Source: an uncultured Deferribacteres bacterium
Lineage (GTDB): Bacteria; Zhuqueibacterota; JdFR-76; DREG01
Assembly (NCBI GenBank): GCA_964464595.1
Contig: CAYXGW010000003.1
Span: 20,964-84,963 of the forward strand
Reading direction: 5' to 3'
Length of the DNA: 64,000 bases
In this document: piece by piece, positions 31,551-41,107 of the stretch
How positions within the stretch are numbered: the first letter of the stretch is position 1
Layout: every line of letters starts with the position of its first letter
Notes under the pieces: model-generated
The model's input: only the letters and a program-made list of their open reading frames with translations
Databases searched by the model: none
Told to the model about the DNA's origin: nothing
Program-made: the position numbers and the translations under genes

Positions 31551-32726
31551 TTGATTTTAATGAGTATGCAAAACGCAAAATTAATAAACACACTAATATT
31601 AATATTGACATTTTTCGCCTTTTTTTCGTTTCATTCCAAGGCCCAGGAGAAAAATCAAAACTCCCGCCTGGAAGCCATACGATTGGAACTTAACAAAGAC
31701 CGGCAAAAGCTGCAAGATCAGAAACTTAAAGAAATGTCAACTTTAGAACAGCTGCAGGAAACAGACCGGGAAATCAATTTGATGCATAAGTTTATCCGGC
31801 AGCTAAAGCAAGAAGAAATTAAATTAAAACGAAGCCTCACCACCAACAATAAAGAACTTCTGGGTTTACAAGGTGAATTCAAAACACAAAAAGCATTATT
31901 TTCCAGGCGGATGGTTAATTTCTATAAACGAAGGAAACTTGGTGATCTGGAGGTTTTGCTGACAGCAAAGTCTTTTAACCAGGTTCTTGTTTGGATGAAG
32001 TATATGCAAAAAATTACAGAAGCCGACAAACGTCGCTTGCAAAGCGTACAGAATAAAAAGCAAGATATCGAACATACGAAGAAACTAAATAAAGTTAAGT
32101 TAGAAGCCCATGAAAAGATTCTAGCTGAAAAAAACACAGAAGAATCCAGACTTCAATCGAAAAAAAAAGATAAAGAAAAGATCCTTGCAAAAGTTCGCAA
32201 TGATACCCGATTCATTGCCCAAAGAATAGAAGAATATAAGCTTGCAGCTAAGGAAATTGAGCGGCTTCTGGTGAGAGATTCCGTTTTGCCCCCACTTACA
32301 GGCAGAAATTTTGCATCGACAAAAGGAAATCTTTATTGGCCGGTCAACGGTAAAATAATTAAGCGATTTGGCCGTATTAAAAACCCGGTAACCAATACTT
32401 ATTATCAAAATGAAGGCATAGATATTCGAGCCCAGGTTGGTGACGAAGTCCGTGTTATATTTCCAGGAGTGGTAAGCGTAATCACTTGGTTGCGTGGGCG
32501 CGGTAATGTCGTTATAGTCAGACATGTTGGCAATTACTATACGGTTTATACCCATCTTTCCGAGATATCGGCGGGATATGGCCAGAGGGTCTCTTCTGGA
32601 GATTTAATTGGAAGGGTTGGTGAATCCGATTCCGGTCCGATGCTTCATTTTGAAATCCGGCAAAGCGATCAGCCCATCAATCCTGTAACATGGCTGACGA
32701 AAGACAGACGTATCGTATCGCGTTAA
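31551..32726 (+). CDS. M23 family metallopeptidase with N-terminal coiled coil (EnvC-like murein hydrolase activator)
   Basis: 391 aa. Signal peptide. About 230 aa coiled-coil region rich in K/E/Q/L. C-terminal LytM/M23 domain (NEGIDIRAQVGDEVRVIFPGVV...GNVVIVRHVGNYYTVYTHL...GDLIGRVGESDSGPMLHFEIR). Confidence 0.8.
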   Translation: MILMSMQNAKLINTLILILTFFAFFSFHSKAQEKNQNSRLEAIRLELNKDRQKLQDQKLKEMSTLEQLQETDREINLMHKFIRQLKQEEIKLKRSLTTNNKELLGLQGEFKTQKALFSRRMVNFYKRRKLGDLEVLLTAKSFNQVLVWMKYMQKITEADKRRLQSVQNKKQDIEHTKKLNKVKLEAHEKILAEKNTEESRLQSKKKDKEKILAKVRNDTRFIAQRIEEYKLAAKEIERLLVRDSVLPPLTGRNFASTKGNLYWPVNGKIIKRFGRIKNPVTNTYYQNEGIDIRAQVGDEVRVIFPGVVSVITWLRGRGNVVIVRHVGNYYTVYTHLSEISAGYGQRVSSGDLIGRVGESDSGPMLHFEIRQSDQPINPVTWLTKDRRIVSR

Positions 32727-32744
32727 TTTTAAAAGAATAATATA

Positions 32745-33902
32745 ATGAGTGATTTATTCGGAAATATTCCTGTTGAAGAAAAAAACATAACTGCATCAGA
32801 TGACTCTGAAAACAGAATAGATTTCGGTTCGGTTATTGGACAAAGCAGGGTAAAAGCCATCCTTACAAGAATCATTGAAAACAATCGATTGGCTAATTCC
32901 TTTTTATTTTTCGGACCGGAAGGATGCGGTAAGATTGCGACCGCCATAGAATTCGCAAAAGCTATCAATTGTTTGGCGGATGCAAAAAAGCCATGTCAGA
33001 ATTGTAGCGCATGCAGACAAATCGGATCGCTAACACACCCCGATTTCAAGTTTGTCTTTTCCGGCCCCAAAAACCTGGCAGAAAAAGATATAATTGAACA
33101 TGTACAAAAAATTTCAAAAAATCCGTATCTTTCTGCTGCTTATTTATCAAATTCGGAAATATTGATAGACCAGATCCGTGAATTAAAAAAATTGGCCAGT
33201 TTTAAAAGATACAATGCAAAAACGAAAGTGTTTATTATATCCGAGGCGGAGAAGATGAGGATGGAAGCAGCAAATTCCTTGTTGAAATTACTTGAAGAAC
33301 CACCCGAAAGCCTCACTTTAATTTTGACCACATCAAGGTTAGACCAGGTATTACCGACAATCAGTTCCCGCTGCCAGATGATCAAATTTTCACCATTGAG
33401 CAGAGACGAAATCAAAGAAAAATGTTTAGAACTTGGGATTGGCGAACAGCAGAGTTCAGTAATTTCCAGATTATCCATTGGCAACTTCAGAAAAGCTATG
33501 GATCTAACTCGAATCAATTTTCAGCAGCTGCGTGATGAAGCCGGGCAGTTATTGCTAGCTGCAAAACAAACGGATATTATTAAGAAATTCCAATTAATCG
33601 GTGAACTCACACGAGGGAAAAACCGTGGCGAAATAAAGGAACTTTTCCTAAGTGCAATAAGTTTATTGCGAGATGTTCAGATATTGAGTGCTCAAACCGG
33701 CTCGTTAAATGATTTGTTATTCAATGCTGATCAACCGAAAAAGCTCGATCAACTACTCAATATTTTTAATTCAAGCAACATTTCAACAGCCCTGGACAAG
33801 ACAGAGTATTATATTGAACTCGTGGATAGAAATATCTACATTAACCTTATTTTTATCAATTACTTAAATGACTTAAGTGAACTTCTGCAAAGTGCAGCAT
33901 AG
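32745..33902 (+). CDS. holB: DNA polymerase III delta-prime subunit HolB
   Basis: 385 aa. AAA+ clamp-loader motifs FLFFGPEGCGKIATAIEFAKAINC. Zn-module cysteines CQNCSACRQ. SRC motif (TISSRCQMIKF). Confidence 0.8.
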   Translation: MSDLFGNIPVEEKNITASDDSENRIDFGSVIGQSRVKAILTRIIENNRLANSFLFFGPEGCGKIATAIEFAKAINCLADAKKPCQNCSACRQIGSLTHPDFKFVFSGPKNLAEKDIIEHVQKISKNPYLSAAYLSNSEILIDQIRELKKLASFKRYNAKTKVFIISEAEKMRMEAANSLLKLLEEPPESLTLILTTSRLDQVLPTISSRCQMIKFSPLSRDEIKEKCLELGIGEQQSSVISRLSIGNFRKAMDLTRINFQQLRDEAGQLLLAAKQTDIIKKFQLIGELTRGKNRGEIKELFLSAISLLRDVQILSAQTGSLNDLLFNADQPKKLDQLLNIFNSSNISTALDKTEYYIELVDRNIYINLIFINYLNDLSELLQSAA

Positions 33903-33926
33903 TTATTTTATTCGAAATCGAAAACA

Positions 33927-35996
33927 ATGACCAAAGCTACAACAAATAAGAGAATTTTAGTCACAAGCGCCTTACCTTATGCAAACGGTCCGCTTCATAT
34001 TGGCCAGATTGCCGGAGCCTATTTACCAGCAGACATTTATGTTCGATATCAGAGGCTAAAAGGCCAGGAGATCATATTTATTTGTGGGACAGATGAACAT
34101 GGTGTACCGATTACTATCACAGCGGATAAAAAGGGTATTACACCACAAGAGGTTGTAGACTTTTATCATCAGAACCATAAAGTGGCTTTCGAGCAGTTTG
34201 GCATCAGTTTCGATAATTTTTCGCGAACTTCGCTAAGGATTCATCATCGGACATCCCAGGAAATATTTTTACAATTGTACAGAAACAACAATTTAATTAC
34301 CAAAACGGAAAAGCAGTTTTATTGTGAACACTGTAAGCGATTTCTAGCGGATCGTTATGTTGAGGGGGTGTGTCCAAATTGCGGAAAGGAAGGGGCAAGA
34401 GGGGACCAATGTGAATCTTGCGGCACTTGGCTGGAACCCATGCAATTAATAGATCCGCATTGTGCTATCTGCGGGGAAACGCCGGTTATTCGGGAAACCA
34501 CACATTGGTACTTGCCCTTGGGTAAATTTCAGGATAAAATTCAAACATGGATAAATTCAAAAAGCCATTGGAAAAACAATGTGATAAATTACTGCAATGG
34601 CTGGTTTGAAAAGGGATTGGAAGATCGGGCAATCACCCGCGATCTGGATTGGGGAATACCGGTTCCGCTTAAGAATATGAAAGAAAAAGTGTTGTATGTC
34701 TGGTTCGAGGCTACTATCGGGTATATTTCTGCTACAAAGGAATGGGCCAAGAAAATCGGAAATCCTGGAAAATGGAAAGACTATTGGATCAATCAAAACA
34801 CCAAATTGGTTCATTTTATCGGGAAAGATAATATAGTTTTTCATGCCATCTTTTGGCCAATTGTTTTAATGCAGCGCGGAGAATACGTCTTGCCTGCCGA
34901 GATTCCGGCAAACGAATTCTTGAATATTGCCGGTAGTAAAATTTCTACCAGTCGAAACTATGCGATCTGGCTGGATGATTATTTAACCAGGTTTCCGCCG
35001 GATCCCTTGCGCTATTCGTTGATCTCGCTTTTACCAGAAACCAAAGATTCTGATTTTTCTTGGAAGGACTTTCAATCCAGATACAACTTTGAACTGGCGG
35101 ATATACTCGGTAATTTTGTTCATAGAACATTAACTTTTGTCGAAAAATATTTTTCCGGGCGAGTTCCAATTCGTTCAGAGTTGGACGAACTGGATAAACA
35201 GGCTATAGCAGCAATGAAAGAATTACCCGTTAAAGTTGGAGAATATGTAGAGAAGTTTCAATTTCGTCCAGCTGCAAAAGCTATGATGGATTTGGCCCGG
35301 TTTGCAAATAAGTATTTTAATGACAAACAGCCATGGTTTACAAGACGGGAAGATCCGGCGAGTTGTGCAACCACCTTGAATTTATGCTTGGAACTCACAA
35401 GGGCATTAGCTATAGTCGGCAGCCCGTTTATTCCATTTAGTGCTGCTCGAATTTGGCAAATGATGAATTTAAACGGAGTAATTGAGAAACAAAATTGGGA
35501 CGATCTTGGTGAATTAAAGTTACGAACGGGACATTTACTGGGCCGCACCCAAATCCTCTTTCCTAAAATTTCAGACGAAGTTATTGAAAAAGAAATCGAA
35601 CGATTGGCTCAAACCGCTACGGGAGAAGAAGAACCCAAAGGCGCAATTGAAAAAACAAAGGAAAAACTGATGGAATTTATCTCATATGAAGATTTCAGTA
35701 AATTGGATTTAAAAGTCGCAAAAATACTTGAAGTAGAAAAAGTTGAAAATACCGATAGGTTACTGCGAATCCAGATTGATCTGGGATCAGAAAAACGTCA
35801 GCTCGTTGCCGGGTTGGCAAAGGCATATTCGCCGGAGGAGATGGTTGGAAAACACATCGTCGTAATAGCGAACCTGGAGCCGGCTGTTATCAGAGGCGTT
35901 GAGTCTAAGGGAATGCTTTTGGCTGCCTCAAGCGAAGACAATATTTCTCTGCTAACGTTAGACCGCGATATAGAACCGGGATCAAAAGTTAAATAG
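33927..35996 (+). CDS. metG: Methionine--tRNA ligase MetG with C-terminal tRNA-binding (EMAP/Trbp111-like) domain
   Basis: 689 aa. Class I HIGH motif (PYANGPLHIGQIAG) and KMSKS-type motif (GSKISTSRN). Zn knuckles CEHCKRF...CPNCG...CESCG. C-terminal OB-fold tRNA-binding domain. Confidence 0.95.
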   Translation: MTKATTNKRILVTSALPYANGPLHIGQIAGAYLPADIYVRYQRLKGQEIIFICGTDEHGVPITITADKKGITPQEVVDFYHQNHKVAFEQFGISFDNFSRTSLRIHHRTSQEIFLQLYRNNNLITKTEKQFYCEHCKRFLADRYVEGVCPNCGKEGARGDQCESCGTWLEPMQLIDPHCAICGETPVIRETTHWYLPLGKFQDKIQTWINSKSHWKNNVINYCNGWFEKGLEDRAITRDLDWGIPVPLKNMKEKVLYVWFEATIGYISATKEWAKKIGNPGKWKDYWINQNTKLVHFIGKDNIVFHAIFWPIVLMQRGEYVLPAEIPANEFLNIAGSKISTSRNYAIWLDDYLTRFPPDPLRYSLISLLPETKDSDFSWKDFQSRYNFELADILGNFVHRTLTFVEKYFSGRVPIRSELDELDKQAIAAMKELPVKVGEYVEKFQFRPAAKAMMDLARFANKYFNDKQPWFTRREDPASCATTLNLCLELTRALAIVGSPFIPFSAARIWQMMNLNGVIEKQNWDDLGELKLRTGHLLGRTQILFPKISDEVIEKEIERLAQTATGEEEPKGAIEKTKEKLMEFISYEDFSKLDLKVAKILEVEKVENTDRLLRIQIDLGSEKRQLVAGLAKAYSPEEMVGKHIVVIANLEPAVIRGVESKGMLLAASSEDNISLLTLDRDIEPGSKVK

Positions 35997-36766
35997 TGCT
36001 CATTGATTCACACTGTCATCTAACTTTAGAAGATTTTCAAAAAGATCTAGATGAAGTAATCTCGCGGGCAGAAGACTCCGGAATCGGTAAGATAATCGTC
36101 CCGGGTCTTGATCTCCAAACCAGCCGGTATGCCATTGAGCTTGCGGAAAGATATGGATCGGTTTATGCTGCAATCGGCACACATCCGCAAGATTCTAAAA
36201 GCTACAACAGAAATCAAATGGATCAATTTGAAAAATTAGCGGATCATGATAAAGTGGTAGCGATTGGCGAAATAGGATTGGATTACTATTGGGATTACGC
36301 TCCCAAGGAAGTACAAAAACAAATATTTAAGGAATTTTTGGAGCTGGCCAAAGATACAAAAATACCCGTGATCATTCACAACCGTGAGGCATATGCCGAT
36401 TTGATTGATTGTGTGAGAGAAAAACAATTTGAAAATGTAACAGGCGTGTTTCATTGCTTTTCCGAAGATGAAAAATCAGCCAGGGAAGTATTAGATTTGG
36501 GATTTTCAGTATCATTTACAGGAACGGTAACATTTAAAAACTCCAAAACAGCAGAGCTTTCAAAAGCTGTTCAGCTAAGCGACCAGTTATTGGAAACAGA
36601 TGCACCTTTTATGGCGCCGGTTCCATATCGAGGCAAAAGAAACGAACCAAGCTTTGTAAAAGACATTGCCCAGAAACAAGCTGAATTTAGAAATATAACC
36701 GTGGAAGAAGTTGGACGTATAACGACTGAACATGCATTTCGTTTGTTTCCTAAATTAAAAAACTGA
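35996..36766 (+). CDS. tatD: TatD family metal-dependent hydrolase (DNase)
   Basis: 256 aa. N-terminal LIDSHCHL motif, conserved His/Asp/Glu ligand pattern (AIGEIGLDYY, HCFS, ETDAPF). Conserved position after metG. Confidence 0.85.
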   Translation: MLIDSHCHLTLEDFQKDLDEVISRAEDSGIGKIIVPGLDLQTSRYAIELAERYGSVYAAIGTHPQDSKSYNRNQMDQFEKLADHDKVVAIGEIGLDYYWDYAPKEVQKQIFKEFLELAKDTKIPVIIHNREAYADLIDCVREKQFENVTGVFHCFSEDEKSAREVLDLGFSVSFTGTVTFKNSKTAELSKAVQLSDQLLETDAPFMAPVPYRGKRNEPSFVKDIAQKQAEFRNITVEEVGRITTEHAFRLFPKLKN

Positions 36767-36795
36767 AAGTATGTTTTAAACTATGGAATCAGCAG

Positions 36796-37590
36796 ATGGA
36801 GAATATCTTCCCCCAAAAATCACTGGGTCAAAATTTTCTTATAGATAGGAATATAGCTAACAAGATCATTTCATTACTTGATATTTCTCCGAATGATGTA
36901 CTCATTGAAATTGGACCAGGAAAAGGAATCCTGACCCAATTTTTTTTTGAATTCAAGAATACGGTATATGCAATCGAGATAGATAAACGATGTGTTGAAT
37001 ATCTTATTGATAAATTAAAAAAGTCTTCCCATATAAATATTATTCATCACAATTTTTTAGATTGGACTTTGGAAAAACAGAAATTTGTGAAAAAAGATTT
37101 AAAGTGGGTGGGAAATTTACCTTATCATATCACAAGCCCCGTATTGTTTAAATTGATTGATTTATATCCACAAGTAAGTAAAGCTGTTTTCATGGTTCAG
37201 AGAGAAGTAGCGGAAAGAATAGTCGCGTCTCATGGAAATAAAGATTATGGTATTTTATCCGTAATGGTTCAAACATTTTATTCTGTGAAAAAGCGGTTTA
37301 ATGTCTCGAATAGTGTGTTTAGCCCCAAACCAAGAGTGGATTCTGCAGTGATTTCTCTTGAATGCCGCAAAAATGTTGATCTTGGTTGTGAGTTACAAAC
37401 CTATAAGCATGTGGTTAAGAAAGCATTCAACCAGAGAAGAAAACTGTTGACAAATTCTCTTAAAACCCTTTTTTCCCAAGAAGATTTTGAAAAACAACCA
37501 TTTGAATTTCATCGTAGAGCCGAGGAGGTTCCAGTAAAAGAATGGAAAATACTGAGCCAACACTTGCACCAAAAGATGATCCAAAATTAA
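36796..37590 (+). CDS. rsmA: 16S rRNA (adenine1518/1519-N6)-dimethyltransferase RsmA (KsgA)
   Basis: 264 aa. Motifs LGQNFLID, EIGPGKGILT (SAM binding), NLPYHITSP. Confidence 0.9.
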   Translation: MENIFPQKSLGQNFLIDRNIANKIISLLDISPNDVLIEIGPGKGILTQFFFEFKNTVYAIEIDKRCVEYLIDKLKKSSHINIIHHNFLDWTLEKQKFVKKDLKWVGNLPYHITSPVLFKLIDLYPQVSKAVFMVQREVAERIVASHGNKDYGILSVMVQTFYSVKKRFNVSNSVFSPKPRVDSAVISLECRKNVDLGCELQTYKHVVKKAFNQRRKLLTNSLKTLFSQEDFEKQPFEFHRRAEEVPVKEWKILSQHLHQKMIQN

Positions 37591-38942
37591 GTCTTGGGTG
37601 GATCGAATCAACCCTTGATGATTTAAAGGATTTGATTGGTTCAAAGGCTGACGGATTCATTTTAAACATCGCAAAAGACTTGCATCCTTCGGATATTGCT
37701 GAATTATCGCGGCACCTAAATAGGGACGAGCGAACGTATTTATTAAATCTTCTTGACCCTGAAGTTGTTTCCGAAACACTAATCGAATTGAGCCCTCCGA
37801 TGCAATCCGAATATTTAGCTCAAGCAGACACGGCCAGAATCTCAGAAGTTGTTGAGGAGATGGATTCTGATGATGCAGCAGATTTTATCAGTGGCCTGAA
37901 GGAAGAAGTTGCTGAGAAAATTCTTGATTCCATTGACAAAGAAGATTCCGCAGAAGTCCGGGAACTTCTTTTGCACGAAGAAGATACTGCCGGCGGAATC
38001 ATGGCTAAAGAATTCGTTGCGGTGAGTAAAGAACTGACTGTAGATCAGGCAATTCAGAAGATTCGAAGAATGACTGAAGAAGTCGATGAAATTTATAATG
38101 TTTTTGCGATCGACGAATATAAGGTGCTAAATGGGGTTGTTCCACTGCAAAAACTATTATTGGCCCGGCCAGGTGTAAAAGTTCAACATATTATGAATGA
38201 AGATGTTATTTCCGTTTGTACAAGCGTCGATCAGGAGAAAGTTGCGAGGTTGTTCAAGAAATATGATTTGATTTCTATCCCGGTTGTTGACGATCAAATG
38301 AAACTGGTAGGACGAATAACCATTGATGACATTGTTGATGTGATTGAAGATGAAGCGAGCGAAGATGTTCAGAAAATAGCCGGTATTACAGATATTGACA
38401 TTCAGGAGACCTCTACACTACGTATCACAGGTGCTCGATTGCCTTGGTTAGCGATTTCCTTTGTGGGAGAAATTGTCACAGGAATATTGATGAGCCAGTT
38501 TCAATCGTCTCTAACACGTGCGATTCAGATTGCATTTTTAGTTCCTCTTGTTATGGCGATAGGCGGAAATGTCGGAAACCAGTCAGCAATTGTTATCATT
38601 CGTGGATTAACCACCGGCGAAATTGGCATATTGGAAACAGGCAGAAGGATGCGTAAGGAATTGTGGGTTGCAATGCTACTGGGTTTTTCACTTGCACTGG
38701 GGATTTTTTTAATCTCCGGTTTTTGGTTTGATGATTTTAGATTGGGGTTTGTTATTGCTCTCGCATTGGTTGTTGTCGTTATTAATGCGGCTCTTACAGG
38801 AACGATTCTTCCGTTTGTGTTAAAAAGGCTCGATATTGACCCGGCAATAGCAACAAGCCCACTTATTACCACAAGTAATGATATTTTAGGCTTGCTTATT
38901 TATTTTGGCATGATCACAATCTACTTAACCCGATTTAGTTAA
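37542..38942 (+). CDS. mgtE: Magnesium transporter MgtE
   Basis: 466 aa. MgtE N-domain (acidic helical repeats), tandem CBS domains, C-terminal 5-TM pore domain with GNVGNQ motif region. Annotated start overlaps the rsmA 3-prime end by 49 nt; a downstream in-frame start is possible. Confidence 0.88.
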   Translation: MENTEPTLAPKDDPKLSLGWIESTLDDLKDLIGSKADGFILNIAKDLHPSDIAELSRHLNRDERTYLLNLLDPEVVSETLIELSPPMQSEYLAQADTARISEVVEEMDSDDAADFISGLKEEVAEKILDSIDKEDSAEVRELLLHEEDTAGGIMAKEFVAVSKELTVDQAIQKIRRMTEEVDEIYNVFAIDEYKVLNGVVPLQKLLLARPGVKVQHIMNEDVISVCTSVDQEKVARLFKKYDLISIPVVDDQMKLVGRITIDDIVDVIEDEASEDVQKIAGITDIDIQETSTLRITGARLPWLAISFVGEIVTGILMSQFQSSLTRAIQIAFLVPLVMAIGGNVGNQSAIVIIRGLTTGEIGILETGRRMRKELWVAMLLGFSLALGIFLISGFWFDDFRLGFVIALALVVVVINAALTGTILPFVLKRLDIDPAIATSPLITTSNDILGLLIYFGMITIYLTRFS

Positions 38943-38949
38943 TGATTTT

Positions 38950-39735
38950 ATGAGCATCGTTAAAACAGACGGTATTATTATTCGGTCACAAGATTACCTT
39001 GAATCCAGCAAAATAGTGACTTGCTATACCAAAGATTATGGAAAAGTTGCTTTGATTGCAAAAGGAGCTCGTCGCCCTAAAAGTAAATTTGGCGGTGCCA
39101 TAGATCTTTTACATCAAGTTCAACTGGTTTATTACTTCAAAGAAAACAGAGAGCTACAAACTCTTTCCCAAGCGGATATTCTTAAGTCATTTCATTATTT
39201 TTCAATTGATATCTCACGGTTTTCTTTAGCTTTAGCTACTGCGGAGATCATCAATCAATTAGAAATGAAAGAGCATCCAAACCCTCAACTATATTCATAT
39301 TTTGTGGAAACAATCACATCAATCGAGAGAGCCAAAACCCCGGAATTAATTCTGTATCAATTTGTTTGGCGTTGGTTGGAAACTTCTGGATTTAGGCCGA
39401 AACTTCGACGCTGTTTAAAATGTGGACAATTCCCGGTCGGCGAAACCGTGAGATTCAAGTTTTCACTTGGTGGTTATTATTGTTCGAATTGTAATTTTGG
39501 TACTGAAGGATTTATACAAATTTCAAAAGAATGTATCCATTTGTTGTTGGAATTACGTGATTTCTCCCCAATTCAACTAGTCGACAAAAGAATAAAAGAG
39601 GCGACCCTAAGAGAAGTAAAACATATTATATGGCGATTTTTACAACATCATGTTGAGGGAATAAAAGAGTTAAAAACACTGAGGTTTTTAAAAAAAATAT
39701 CTAGTTCAAATGAAAAAAGAGTAGGAGCTGTTTGA
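38950..39735 (+). CDS. recO: DNA repair protein RecO
   Basis: 261 aa. N-terminal OB-fold pattern (DGIIIRSQDYLESSKIVTCYTKDYGKVALIAKGARRPKSKFG), C-terminal Cys4 zinc motif (CLKCGQ...CSNC). Confidence 0.85.
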   Translation: MSIVKTDGIIIRSQDYLESSKIVTCYTKDYGKVALIAKGARRPKSKFGGAIDLLHQVQLVYYFKENRELQTLSQADILKSFHYFSIDISRFSLALATAEIINQLEMKEHPNPQLYSYFVETITSIERAKTPELILYQFVWRWLETSGFRPKLRRCLKCGQFPVGETVRFKFSLGGYYCSNCNFGTEGFIQISKECIHLLLELRDFSPIQLVDKRIKEATLREVKHIIWRFLQHHVEGIKELKTLRFLKKISSSNEKRVGAV

Positions 39736-41055
39736 ATGTCAGCAAAAAAAAGTGAAACGGTAATGGACAAATTGGTTTCGTTATGTAAAAGACGGGGATT
39801 TATTTTTCAATCAAGTGAAATTTATGGAGGTATTAACAGCTGTTGGGATTACGGCCCGATGGGCATAGAATTGAAAAAGAACATCAAAGAATTTTGGTGG
39901 AAAGCCATGGTTTCTTCCAGGCAAGATATTGAAGGATTGGATGCCAGCATTTTAATGCATCCTAAAATATGGGAGGCATCCGGACATCTTGATAGCTTTA
40001 CCGACCCTATGGTAGATTGCAAAAAGTGTAAAAAGCGTTTTCGAGAAGACCAGGTGGAAGGAGAAAAATGTCCGAACTGTGGTGGAGAACTGACGGATAC
40101 TCGCCAATTCAATTTGATGTTTAAAACAAATATTGGTCCCGTGGAAGATAGTTCAAGCATTATTTACCTGCGTCCGGAAACGGCCCAGGGGATATATGTT
40201 AATTTTGTGAATGTGCAAAAATCGTCCAGGCAAAAAATACCTTTCGGAATCGGCCAAATCGGCAAAGCCTTTCGCAATGAAATTACTCCGGGGAATTTCA
40301 TTTTTCGCACGCGTGAATTTGAACAAATGGAAATGCAATATTTTGTTAAACCGCAGGACGACCAGGACTGGATGGATTATTGGAAGAAGGAACGCATGGC
40401 CTGGTATGTAAGTTTGGGAATTACTGAAAGCAAATTGAGATTTCATGAACATGGTACAGACGAGCTTGCTCATTATGCCAAAGCGGCCTTTGATATCGAA
40501 TATGAATTCCCCTTCGGCTGGCAAGAGCTTGAGGGAATTCATAATCGAACAGATTTTGACTTAAAACAGCATATCGAATTTTCAGGGAAAGATTTGTCCT
40601 ATTTTAATGAAGCGACTCGTGACCGTTTTATTCCATTTATTATAGAAACTTCTGCAGGATGTGACCGAACATTACTGACAACACTTATCGATGCATACCG
40701 GGAAGAGGAAGTGAAGGGAGATAAGAGAGTTTTGCTGAAATTATCTCCTCACATTTCCCCAATAAAAGTAGGTGTTTTTCCCCTTGTTAAAAAAGACGGC
40801 ATGCCTGAAATAGCCCGAAAAATTACAGACTCATTAAGAAATCATACAACAGTTTTTTATGATGAATCAGGGGCGGTTGGCCGCAGATATAGACGGCAAG
40901 ATGAAATAGGAACTCCTTACTGTGTAACAGTTGACACGGAGTCTATTGAAAACCAAACAGTTACAGTTAGAGATCGGGATACGATGGTGCAAATAAGGGT
41001 AGATATTAATCAATTGAATGAGTTTTTTAAAGATAAATTATCCAAATTACAATAA
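39736..41055 (+). CDS. glyQS: Glycine--tRNA ligase (alpha2 dimeric GlyQS type)
   Basis: 439 aa. Class II aaRS motifs ([25 protein letters not shown] motif 2 region; [22 protein letters not shown] motif 3), C-terminal anticodon-binding domain. Confidence 0.9.
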   Translation: MSAKKSETVMDKLVSLCKRRGFIFQSSEIYGGINSCWDYGPMGIELKKNIKEFWWKAMVSSRQDIEGLDASILMHPKIWEASGHLDSFTDPMVDCKKCKKRFREDQVEGEKCPNCGGELTDTRQFNLMFKTNIGPVEDSSSIIYLRPETAQGIYVNFVNVQKSSRQKIPFGIGQIGKAFRNEITPGNFIFRTREFEQMEMQYFVKPQDDQDWMDYWKKERMAWYVSLGITESKLRFHEHGTDELAHYAKAAFDIEYEFPFGWQELEGIHNRTDFDLKQHIEFSGKDLSYFNEATRDRFIPFIIETSAGCDRTLLTTLIDAYREEEVKGDKRVLLKLSPHISPIKVGVFPLVKKDGMPEIARKITDSLRNHTTVFYDESGAVGRRYRRQDEIGTPYCVTVDTESIENQTVTVRDRDTMVQIRVDINQLNEFFKDKLSKLQ

Positions 41056-41098
41056 AAAAAGCCTGACCCGATTTTCGAATCAGGCTTTTAATTTTTTC
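41054..41098. terminator. Bidirectional rho-independent terminator between the convergent glyQS and ORF 41108..42400
   Basis: Stem AAAGCCTGA(41058-41066)/TCAGGCTTT(41080-41088), 13-nt loop. Flanked by an A-run (41054-41060) upstream and TAATTTTTTCTTT downstream. Confidence 0.75.
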
Positions 41099-41107
41099 TT
41101 TAAAGGA

